From Candidatus Hermodarchaeota archaeon (GTDB taxonomy: Archaea > Asgardarchaeota > Hermodarchaeia > Hermodarchaeales > Hermodarchaeaceae), in contig JAEOTO010000024.1 in the NCBI GenBank assembly GCA_016839805.1, positions 1 to 27,154 of the forward strand: a stretch of 27,154 nucleotides of DNA, written 5' to 3'. Each line of letters starts with the position of its first letter. The stretch's first letter is position 1. Of this stretch, positions 1 through 7,488 are shown piece by piece. Position numbers and translations under genes: made by a program. The notes under the pieces are model-generated. The model was given only the letters and a program-made list of their open reading frames with translations, did not search any database and was not told the DNA's origin.

Positions 1-72
1 GTCTTTCATTTGGATTAGCATCTCAAGGATGCGTTCCTCTGGGAGTTGCTCTCCCTTCGGTTTTTTAAGCAA
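1..72 (-). CDS. N-terminal fragment (runs off the window) of a second PhoU/TrkA-C family protein
   Basis: Reverse strand 72->1 reads TTG...: MLKKPKGEQLPEERILEMLIQMKD. ILEMLIQMKD parallels VRSLLVEMKD at the start of the upstream paralog. The TTG start overlaps the upstream stop by 8 nt. Not in the ORF track because it is truncated. Confidence 0.7.
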   Translation of the reverse strand, partial: MLKKPKGEQLPEERILEMLIQMKD

Positions 73-673
73 TCTCTTCAAGCTCACCGGAAGCTAGCCT
101 CTGTAATTTTTTCACACTCTCACTTGAACCTCGTGAAATAATCCGGTCACCCTTCTGGAATTGAAAGGATTCTGGCGGATTGATCGTCCAGGTACCTTTT
201 CGTTGAATCGCGATGATGTCAGAACCAATTTCCTCTTCGAGGTTTACGTCCTCTAAGGTTTTTCCAACAAGCAGAGACTTGCCAAGGAGTGTGGCACGCC
301 CAACGATTTCCTCGGCTTGACTGACTGCCAACCATAAGATGCCCGGAATGCCTATATCGTGAATTACAAGTCCCGCAATGTCAGCCGCTGCGTCACTAAT
401 TTTGTTGGCGGCTGAAGCAGTTTTCATGATACTGACAATTTGTTCAGCATCATCTTTATCGCGAACAGCCAGTGAGGCGTTCATTAGGAGTAGATATCCT
501 AAGTAATCCACTCGTTCCTCCATGTCCATAACCTCTTCAGCGAGGTCTTTATCATTGAACATCACGGCTGAATATGCCAGATCTATCATTAATTCACTTA
601 GATCCTTCATTTCAACCAGTAGACTACGAACGGGGATCGGTTGATACTCGACTTCTTGGAGATCCTCTTGCAT
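65..673 (-). CDS. PhoU-domain + TrkA-C (RCK_C) protein, putative ion-transport regulatory subunit
   Basis: N-terminal EMKDLSELMIDLAYSA...EERVD...ISDAAADIA PhoU-like helices; C-terminal LVGKTLEDVNL...IIAIQR...INPP...FQKGDRIISRG TrkA-C signature. Confidence 0.85.
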   Translation of the reverse strand: MQEDLQEVEYQPIPVRSLLVEMKDLSELMIDLAYSAVMFNDKDLAEEVMDMEERVDYLGYLLLMNASLAVRDKDDAEQIVSIMKTASAANKISDAAADIAGLVIHDIGIPGILWLAVSQAEEIVGRATLLGKSLLVGKTLEDVNLEEEIGSDIIAIQRKGTWTINPPESFQFQKGDRIISRGSSESVKKLQRLASGELEEIA

Positions 674-835
674 AACGGTAACACAGGCTCCCAGAAAAAA
701 TGGAGTTCCATTACTTCAAGTAAGCTAATTTCATAAATACTTGCTTTTCAGTCTTTCGAGTTATCCAATCATGGCAAAGACACTTAATGATATGTGTATA
801 AACACTGGCAAAACATCCATCCTACTGGTGTTTCA

Positions 836-1504
836 ATGGTTATCGGACGAATTAAGGAACAATTCAAACGAGCCTTCGCCCCCATTGCACGAGTTATTGC
901 TCGATCAAGAGTGCCTCCTAACGCCTTGACGCTTCTAGGTCCAATCATTGCTACATTCTCGGCCTGGATGTTTGTTCAACATCAGCTGGCGTTAGCTTTA
1001 CTTCTCCTCTTAATTTCAGGGTTTGTGGATGCTTTGGATGGCGCTGTGGCGCGAGCGTCTGGGAAGACAACTCCGTTTGGTGGGGTTTTGGATAGCATTT
1101 GTGATCGTTACAGCGATGTTATTGTTTTGTTTGGTGTAATTTTAGGTGGGTGGGTATCCCCGTTTTGGGGGATTATAGCTATCGTCGGAAGCCTTCTAGT
1201 AAGTTATACTCGGGCTCGGGCAGAAGCTGCTGGTGTCACACAATTAGGAGTAGGAATCGCTGAACGCCCCGAACGGTTAATTATCCTCATGGTCGTCACT
1301 CTTCTCCAGTATCTGACACTCATTGGGCTACTCTTCGCTCCGCCCGTCTATTTCGGTATCACTAACTGGATTGAATATGGTGTAATCATAATTGCAATTC
1401 TTGCACATATCACCGTGATACAAAGGACGATTGCTGCCTATCGCGCATTATCTAAATCAGTGGAGAACTCAGAGTCGATAAAAGAAGCTGAAGATATTGC
1501 TTAG
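836..1504 (+). CDS. CDP-alcohol phosphatidyltransferase, probably archaetidylinositol phosphate synthase (PgsA-like)
   Basis: PNALT, DALDGAVAR...GGVLDSICDRYSD (DxxDGxxAR...GxxxDxxxD family motif), SYTRARAE, GIAERPER. Start moved to ATG836 (GGTG upstream, TATA-like TGTATAAA at about 795-802). Confidence 0.9.
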   Translation: MVIGRIKEQFKRAFAPIARVIARSRVPPNALTLLGPIIATFSAWMFVQHQLALALLLLLISGFVDALDGAVARASGKTTPFGGVLDSICDRYSDVIVLFGVILGGWVSPFWGIIAIVGSLLVSYTRARAEAAGVTQLGVGIAERPERLIILMVVTLLQYLTLIGLLFAPPVYFGITNWIEYGVIIIAILAHITVIQRTIAAYRALSKSVENSESIKEAEDIA

Positions 1505-1838
1505 CTTCAGCAAGTGTTTCGCGACCCATTTCTGTAATCCGATAATATTTTCGCGTGGGTCGTTTACCTTCCCGTCTTTCTTCACTCAGTTTAACAAGTC
1601 CATCCCATTTTAATGCGTAGAGTAAAACATAAGCAGTGACTGATGCCATTTCAACGCCAAAACGTTCCTTTATCACACCTCGAAATTCATAAGCAAAATA
1701 ATCTCTTTCCTCTAGTAAGGTTAAGGCGTATAACCAAAGATTCTCTTTCGTAGTTAATCGGATCAGACGTTTCATGGCTTTGGTTGGATGCTTAGAATAG
1801 GTCTTGATTGCTTGAATGAAATTCGAATGATCTGACAT
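1452..1838 (-). CDS. PadR-family winged-helix transcriptional regulator
   Basis: LWLYALTLL...YAYEF-like (YFAYEF), TAYVLLYALKWDGLV, RKYYRITEMG wing motif. Start uncertain (1874, 1838 or 1775). Confidence 0.85.
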   Translation of the reverse strand: MSDHSNFIQAIKTYSKHPTKAMKRLIRLTTKENLWLYALTLLEERDYFAYEFRGVIKERFGVEMASVTAYVLLYALKWDGLVKLSEERREGKRPTRKYYRITEMGRETLAEAKQYLQLLLSTLSSPLI

Positions 1839-1880
1839 TAGACTCAGAGTCCTTTTAACTTCATATCGAAGCATTTGGGG

Positions 1881-2495
1881 TCATGAAGCATTCAGACGAC
1901 TTGCTAGATTAAGTAGGAGTAGACTAATTGCCTGACTTCCCAAAAGGCTTCGAGTTCCTACACTTACTTCCTGTACTTTATATTGATAAAGTATTTCTTC
2001 ATGATCCCCAGGAAGACCCTGATCATCCCCTAAAACGATCACCGTTGGTCGCTCAAAGGAAAAGGGCGTCTCTTCAAGAGGTTTGCCCCTTTCGATGAGG
2101 TAGAAAAGATGCCCATCCACGGGTCTTTCCTCCTTAAGGATCTCCGCAAACCCTTTTTTCGCAAGAGAAAATTCTGGCCAATTATTGTGACGGGTTTGCT
2201 GTGATTTGCTAAACTGCTGGAGTAATGCTTTCAAGATGAGCGAGCAGTCAAGCTCACTCTCTGGAAAAGATTTCGGAGTTACATCCTTTACCTGAAGCTG
2301 GAGTGGAGGTGTTGGAGGACCACCGAAGACAGCGAAAAACTGTAGGTTAGAACAAAGCTCTGGGACGGTTCGGAACGTGGAGAGTAAAACGCGACACACA
2401 ACATCTAATCGTCCACTTGTTCCTGGTACATCTCTAATAAGAAAAGTACCATCGGTACGACACCTCGGGGCATCAAGCAAGACTGTTAAATGCAT
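1881..2495 (-). CDS. trmY: tRNA (pseudouridine-54-N1)-methyltransferase TrmY-like, SPOUT fold
   Basis: DVPGTSGRLDVVCR, FGGPP, VLGDDQGL, VSVG..SLLGSQAI motifs. True start is ATG2495 behind GGAGG; the 82-aa extension in the ORF track overlaps rps26e. Confidence 0.8.
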   Translation of the reverse strand: MHLTVLLDAPRCRTDGTFLIRDVPGTSGRLDVVCRVLLSTFRTVPELCSNLQFFAVFGGPPTPPLQLQVKDVTPKSFPESELDCSLILKALLQQFSKSQQTRHNNWPEFSLAKKGFAEILKEERPVDGHLFYLIERGKPLEETPFSFERPTVIVLGDDQGLPGDHEEILYQYKVQEVSVGTRSLLGSQAISLLLLNLASRLNAS

Positions 2496-2559
2496 TAGAG
2501 TGCCTCCGTTAGCTAGACCACTCTGAGTGGTAAGAAAGCACTTCGCGTTTCTCTCTAGT

Positions 2560-2835
2560 CTATCGTTTTTTCCTATCCTTTCGACTCCGGATGGTGACAA
2601 CTCCACGATGAACTGCGCAGCTGATACAATACCATTTGGTGACTCTCCGACCTGGGAGATATGTTCCTGATCTACGAAGTTCACGTGCCATCTGTGGGTC
2701 AACAAACGACGCACGTGAGGTGCGTTTCTTCGCCTTATCACGCGGTACTATCTTACCACAACTACTACATTGGACTGTGGCTCCACGACCGGTCGAACCT
2801 TTACTGCGACCACCACTTTTCCGTTTGGATGGCAA
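2560..2835 (-). CDS. rps26e: 30S ribosomal protein eS26 (S26e)
   Basis: MPSKRKSGGRSKG, VQCSSCGKIVPRDKAKK, YCISCAVHRGVVTIRS zinc-binding pattern; TTG start preceded by GAGATGA. Confidence 0.97.
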   Translation of the reverse strand: MPSKRKSGGRSKGSTGRGATVQCSSCGKIVPRDKAKKRTSRASFVDPQMARELRRSGTYLPGRRVTKWYCISCAVHRGVVTIRSRKDRKKR

Positions 2836-2860
2836 ACTTCAATCATCTCAATGGTTCACG

Positions 2861-2902
2861 GCAGTCGCTGTCAGCAATTAAACTTGCTGAGTCCACGACA
2901 GC
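2861..2902 (-). promoter_or_regulatory. Hairpin in the putative rps26e 5' leader
   Basis: Perfect 7-bp stem TCAGCAA/TTGCTGA (2871-2890), extendable with GTCG/CGAC or GCTGTC/GACAGC. Confidence 0.45.
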
Positions 2903-3079
2903 CTGACTGGAGCATGCCTTGTAGCTACAAAAACTTTGCGCTCTCACACCGAGCCTAGTCTAAGCTTCTCCCCGATTCCATTTCAAATCAATCTAGTTTG
3001 ATGAATACAATTACTTTGCTGGCAGTCTCTCCCCCGATTTATTTCCATTCTTGTAACTCATTAATGCTGGTGCTGTTGG

Positions 3080-4696
3080 TTGAGCAACGGTCAACAACAT
3101 AAGTGTATTAATATCTGGTACCCCAAAATTGGAAAGAGAATAATTTCTAGCAAAGAATCACTACACAAAATAATAGATAATTATTATCCAGGAATAAAAC
3201 GGAATCAACAGTTTCATAGCCTAATTAAAGACGCAGAAAATCATCTCATTCTTATTAGAAAGATTGGCGATTCTGCCAAAATAGAAAAGGGTGAAATCTC
3301 TCGGTTAGCTCGTGAGCTCAATTTTACAATTCAAAGAACTTCTTCGTATATTCAATGTCAAGGTCGTCCGCGGCTTTATCGTCTTATTGATCTTTGCATA
3401 TCTAAAACAGAAGCTCAAACTAGATTAGCCAAAATCGAGAATGAAAATCATGGAGTTTCGTCTACTGAGGAACTTCTGAGACGACTTGCTACATACTATC
3501 TCGCTGAAGAGCTAGGAGTTTCACTAGATGATAGCTATTATCTCCTCCAAGCGGACAAGTATTTTCATTCACTTAGATTGTTGGCTAACGGGGGTCTTTT
3601 CAGTGAAGTTGCTGATCAAATTGAAATAAGTCGTATCCAGGTGAGGAGGTGGTTTTTAAACGAGGGAAAACCTTTCCTTGTCCATCTTACAAGTCGTATT
3701 CCAAAACAGCCTCCATGGAGGGGTTACAAATGGTTGCCAACTTATATCGATCCGTATGGAATTCATATTCCTTCTGATTTCATTCAAGTCCCGATGCTTT
3801 TGGAACACTGGGAACAAATAGAACATGTATTGAGCCAACTCACTGAGCGAAATGATCAAAAAATGAGTGACTGGCAAGATCGTTTTGGTAGAATTAGTCG
3901 AGAAAATGCTTTTGCTTATGTTCTTGGTATGATGGTTAGTGATGCTACGAAAAACGGTACTAGAAGTTATTCATCAATAGGTTTTGAGCTCAAACTTACA
4001 AAGGCAAAATCGTGGAGCGAACAAGTTGGTGAGGCAACCTGTTATTATCTTGGGAAATTAGGCATCGATGCTAAGCGTGGTAAGCCTGTTCATCATGTCG
4101 GCGGATATGAAGCACATTATTGGTATGGGGGGCGGTCTCCTCTCTTAAAATGGATGTTACGTTCTGTATTAGGAATAAATTTAGGAAACTGTACAACATA
4201 CCAACCAATCAGGTGTGAATGGCTGCTTGACTGTCCTTTAGAGATTCGCCTGAAGTTTTTGCAGGCATTAAATGATGGCGATGGGTTTGCGAGTGTTAAG
4301 GGTCAAAAATTAGGAAACACTTGTATCCCAAATATTTCGTTCTTCATGCAGCTATTGAATTCATTTGGTGTGGAGTCTTGTCCTAGGTCAGATCAAAAAC
4401 AAGTAGTGATTCGAAAGGCTGATAGTATTAAGCAAGCGGTCAGAATGCCCTTTTTCCTGCATGCTACTGGTCGTCAAATTATCGCCGAAAAGCTTGCTAA
4501 GATGCTTAGTAAACGAAAACTTCAGAGAAGAGGATTCTTTCCCGAAGATGTTGTCACCCTAATATTGAGTCTGAAAAGAAAGGGGTACTCCTTAGGTGCG
4601 ATTGCTGAAAGGGTGTTTGATAAATATGAACTATCCTTTTCGAGATCGAGTATTGACAATATCATAAGAAGTAGAGGTGTAATCGGATACTATTAG
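3080..4696 (+). CDS. Free-standing double-motif LAGLIDADG endonuclease-like protein with N- and C-terminal HTH modules
   Basis: Motif 1 FAYVLGMMVSDAT, motif 2 FLQALNDGDG. HTH-like ISRLARELNFTIQRTSSY, FSEVADQIEISRIQVRRW and C-terminal KRKGYSLGAIAERV...FSRSSIDNII. Looks more AT-rich than its neighbours and is on the opposite strand to them. Confidence 0.75.
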   Translation: MSNGQQHKCINIWYPKIGKRIISSKESLHKIIDNYYPGIKRNQQFHSLIKDAENHLILIRKIGDSAKIEKGEISRLARELNFTIQRTSSYIQCQGRPRLYRLIDLCISKTEAQTRLAKIENENHGVSSTEELLRRLATYYLAEELGVSLDDSYYLLQADKYFHSLRLLANGGLFSEVADQIEISRIQVRRWFLNEGKPFLVHLTSRIPKQPPWRGYKWLPTYIDPYGIHIPSDFIQVPMLLEHWEQIEHVLSQLTERNDQKMSDWQDRFGRISRENAFAYVLGMMVSDATKNGTRSYSSIGFELKLTKAKSWSEQVGEATCYYLGKLGIDAKRGKPVHHVGGYEAHYWYGGRSPLLKWMLRSVLGINLGNCTTYQPIRCEWLLDCPLEIRLKFLQALNDGDGFASVKGQKLGNTCIPNISFFMQLLNSFGVESCPRSDQKQVVIRKADSIKQAVRMPFFLHATGRQIIAEKLAKMLSKRKLQRRGFFPEDVVTLILSLKRKGYSLGAIAERVFDKYELSFSRSSIDNIIRSRGVIGYY

Positions 4697-4747
4697 CTTT
4701 AGATTAAATGTTAAGTTTGTGAAGTTCTTTGAATGATATGTTAACCG

Positions 4748-5170
4748 TTAATCAATACTCCTGCCAGACTCCGAAAGAGGGTGGCCGTAACATTCGAGCT
4801 TAAACGCCTTATACCATCCGAAGGGTGTACGAGATATGGAAAATCCTCGCTGCTCTAATTCCTCAGCTAATTTCTGTAGGATACGCACTGCAAATTTGGG
4901 GCGAGCAAGTTTTCGAGGAAAAATATGAGCATGGGGATACAAGACGATATTTTTTACCTTCACACGGTCAGCAACGAGTTGAAGTTCGTCTGCAGCTTTT
5001 TGAGTAATTTCTGATAGACGTCCCTCATCTGTTGCTTCAATAGCACAGAATACTGTGAGGCAATTTTCAAAAGTCTTCCATTCGTCTTCATCCGCGTCTT
5101 CTCTTACGCTTATCTTTACTGGCTCGGTGGCCTTAAAGGACAAGTTTCCATGAAAAATGAGTAATCGCAT
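4748..5170 (-). CDS. Stand-alone archaeal threonyl-tRNA synthetase editing domain (DTD-like fold; Ser-tRNA(Thr) deacylase-like)
   Basis: MRLLIFH, FCAIEATDE, VLYPHAH, TPFGWYKAF..C.GHPLSE match the archaeal ThrRS N-terminal editing domain. Confidence 0.9.
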   Translation of the reverse strand: MRLLIFHGNLSFKATEPVKISVREDADEDEWKTFENCLTVFCAIEATDEGRLSEITQKAADELQLVADRVKVKNIVLYPHAHIFPRKLARPKFAVRILQKLAEELEQRGFSISRTPFGWYKAFKLECYGHPLSESGRSID

Positions 5171-5176
5171 CTATTT

Positions 5177-6574
5177 TCATCCCTTTTTCGATTTTTTACG
5201 AGATCTAATTTCGTCAAGTGCATCCTGGGCAAGTTTTAGCCCTTTTTCAACAAGTGTTTGTGCTCGAGATTTGGTTTGCGCCTCTGCGAACACTCGAAAA
5301 ATTGGTTCAGTACCGGAAGGACGGAGTAAGATCCATCCATCAGAGTAGCGGAGTTTTACGCCATCTAATGTTTCACACTCCGCATCGGTTGGAGCTCGAG
5401 CTGCTATGTGTTTGAGCAGTGGTGGTTTCATCGTGTTTTCACAAGATAGACTTGCTTTGACTTGATAATAAGTAGGAAATTGTTGGTCGAGTTCTTCAAG
5501 GGTCTGATTTTCTGAGGCTATCAGGTCAAGAATGAGAAGCGCTGTGAGCATGCCCTCACGAGCCCATGACCAACCCCTGTAAATTACTCCACCATTTTCT
5601 TCGCCACCGATTACTGCGTCTACTTGTTTCATTTTCTGGACAATGTTGGGTTCGCCGACCTGCGTAATGACTAGTTCTGCTTCGACCGTTTGAGCAACAT
5701 CAAATAGTACATCGCTGGTTGCAACCTGTGATACAATCCGTTTTGGTTTTCCTTTGAGATCTCTCAGCCAGCGGAAGGTGGCCAATGCAAAGGTTCGATC
5801 TCCCATTAGATATCGACCTGTATTCGAAATAAGTACCACTCTATCAGCATCACCATCCCAGGCTATTCCCAAATCTGCATTAGTCTCTTTGACTCGTTGA
5901 ATTAATTGTGAAAGTTGCTGTTCCTTTGGTTCAGGTAATCGATTCTTGAACAATCCATCAGGTTCACAAAAGAGGAGTTCCGTGCTTAATCCTAGTGTCT
6001 TGAACAACTCTGGAACAACGACTGAAGCAGCTCCTCCACCACAGTCTGCAACAACAGTGAACTTGTGATTTTTTAAACGCCTTGCATCAACTTGGCTAAC
6101 CAACTTTTCGATATAGTGTGGTCGGAAATCAATTGCGGGGATAAGAGAGCCATAGTGTTGCCAGGATAACTTGGGTTTTTCTGTGGAAAAATAGTGGTTC
6201 TCTACAGCCCGTTCCATCTCTGATGTGTAGGAAGCCCCATCTGATCCCCAGAGTTTAAGACCATTAAATTCAGGTGGATTGTGGCTTGCTGTAACCATAA
6301 CTCCAGCATTAATTTCAAGTTGAGGAATGGCAAACGACAGAAGTGGAGTGGGAACCAAACCCAACAGTTGAACGTTACACCCTCCACTCATCAATCCCGC
6401 ACTCACAGAAGAAGCCAACATCTCACTCGAAATTCTTGTGTCCCACCCAATTCCCACGACTTTTTCTAATCCTAGATGATGAGCCATAGCTAGGCCTACG
6501 TTTTGAGCTACAGTGGCGGTTAATGATTCATTAACTATTCCACGGAAACCTTGTGTGCCAAAGAGCCGGGTCAA
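5177..6574 (-). CDS. alpha-D-phosphohexomutase (PGM/PMM or GlmM-type), paralog 1
   Basis: FGTQGFRG, TASHNP phosphoserine loop, DGDADR metal loop, GEENGG sugar loop, RPSGTEP phosphate loop. Confidence 0.92.
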   Translation of the reverse strand: MTRLFGTQGFRGIVNESLTATVAQNVGLAMAHHLGLEKVVGIGWDTRISSEMLASSVSAGLMSGGCNVQLLGLVPTPLLSFAIPQLEINAGVMVTASHNPPEFNGLKLWGSDGASYTSEMERAVENHYFSTEKPKLSWQHYGSLIPAIDFRPHYIEKLVSQVDARRLKNHKFTVVADCGGGAASVVVPELFKTLGLSTELLFCEPDGLFKNRLPEPKEQQLSQLIQRVKETNADLGIAWDGDADRVVLISNTGRYLMGDRTFALATFRWLRDLKGKPKRIVSQVATSDVLFDVAQTVEAELVITQVGEPNIVQKMKQVDAVIGGEENGGVIYRGWSWAREGMLTALLILDLIASENQTLEELDQQFPTYYQVKASLSCENTMKPPLLKHIAARAPTDAECETLDGVKLRYSDGWILLRPSGTEPIFRVFAEAQTKSRAQTLVEKGLKLAQDALDEIRSRKKSKKG

Positions 6575-6651
6575 TGATGTCTCATCTCAACAATTTCAGA
6601 ATCCATTTACGTGTATTAATAGTTCCTATGATTCTGTTCAAAATTGTGTGC

Positions 6652-7362
6652 TTAAAACATATTGGCAGGGAGGTTTTGCCGTGACACTAAAGAACGTGTT
6701 TCCTCGATATGCGTTCCAATTTCTTTACGAATCGCTTCGATGCGTTCTGATTCCAGATACGGTTCCATCGTCCAAAGAAGGAGGTTGGTGTACAGTTCTT
6801 TTGAATCCAGAAGTTCTTCGATATTACGAATTGTTTTCAAACGAAATAGATACTCATCTTCATACATGCTGACTATCTGGCGGAGTTTTCGGCTCAGCGC
6901 GTCAACATTATCGACTAGTTGACAAACACGGTGTTCACAATTATCGTCGGGTTCAAGAAGACTGGCTCCACGCCGTTGCAATTCAGATACGCGTTTCTCC
7001 ATGAGTCGCATTTTTCGGATAGAGCCTTCGAAGTCCGATGCTAAGGCTAATACCTTGGGAAGGACCTTGTCGAGTAATCCTAGGTTTTTGGTGATAGCTC
7101 GGTCAACAATACCTTCAAAGGGCTTTAGTTTGCCAAGGTCCTCGATGTTACGAAGATAGTTTATCTTGGATAAGGAGCCTAAAATCACACGGATAGGGCG
7201 AAGCGAGCTTCGGTGGGCTGATTCCCATCTGTTCATAGCATCGTCAAGACCGCCAGTTACCTCGCGCATGGATCGTCCAAATTCGCGAATGACAGCTGCA
7301 AGATGGTCTTCATCCATTGTACCTGAACTCCCGATGGAATTTGCCGATTTAATGACCCGCAT
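6652..7362 (-). CDS. All-helical protein resembling the eukaryotic C1orf109 (AIRIM)/CINP adaptor family
   Basis: WESAHR, EDLGKLKPFEGIVDRAITKNL, MYEDEYLFR and LLLWTMEPYLESE occur in the order and approximate spacing of the C1orf109 and CINP motifs as I recall them. GGAGAG precedes ATG7362; ATG7317 is an alternative start. Confidence 0.7.
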   Translation of the reverse strand: MRVIKSANSIGSSGTMDEDHLAAVIREFGRSMREVTGGLDDAMNRWESAHRSSLRPIRVILGSLSKINYLRNIEDLGKLKPFEGIVDRAITKNLGLLDKVLPKVLALASDFEGSIRKMRLMEKRVSELQRRGASLLEPDDNCEHRVCQLVDNVDALSRKLRQIVSMYEDEYLFRLKTIRNIEELLDSKELYTNLLLWTMEPYLESERIEAIRKEIGTHIEETRSLVSRQNLPANMF

Positions 7363-7417
7363 CTACTCTCCTAAAGACACTCTGTAGATTTAACTTCTCC
7401 GCTTTATGCATTGCAAA

Positions 7418-7466
7418 AAAAACCGGTTTTTATAAGTAACGCATATTTGCGCGACCTTTTAAAAGG
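7418..7466. promoter_or_regulatory. Divergent promoter region with palindromic TATA-like elements
   Basis: AAAAACCGGTTTTT palindrome (7418-7431) running into TTTTATA, and CCTTTTAAAAGG palindrome (7455-7466), between divergent starts 7362 and 7489. Confidence 0.5.
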
Positions 7467-7488
7467 AAGCAGGAGGTCATGCAAGAAT

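Noticed and set aside
1452-2495. The trmY TGA stop is in frame with the PadR ORF (TGA CCC CAA ATG), suggesting Sec readthrough or a fusion
   Set aside because: The TGA falls at the natural end of the SPOUT domain, not at a Cys-equivalent site. No SECIS-like element is evident, and in-frame adjacency occurs by chance one time in three.
2496-2741. 82-aa N-terminal extension of TrmY overlapping rps26e
   Set aside because: ORF-caller artefact; GGAGG and the family N-terminus point to ATG2495. Over-long starts of cysS, cofD, glmU and mutase 2 were trimmed for the same reason.
3080-4696. Intein or intron interpretation of the LAGLIDADG ORF
   Set aside because: No Hint-domain termini, no split host gene, and no flanking rRNA or tRNA exons.
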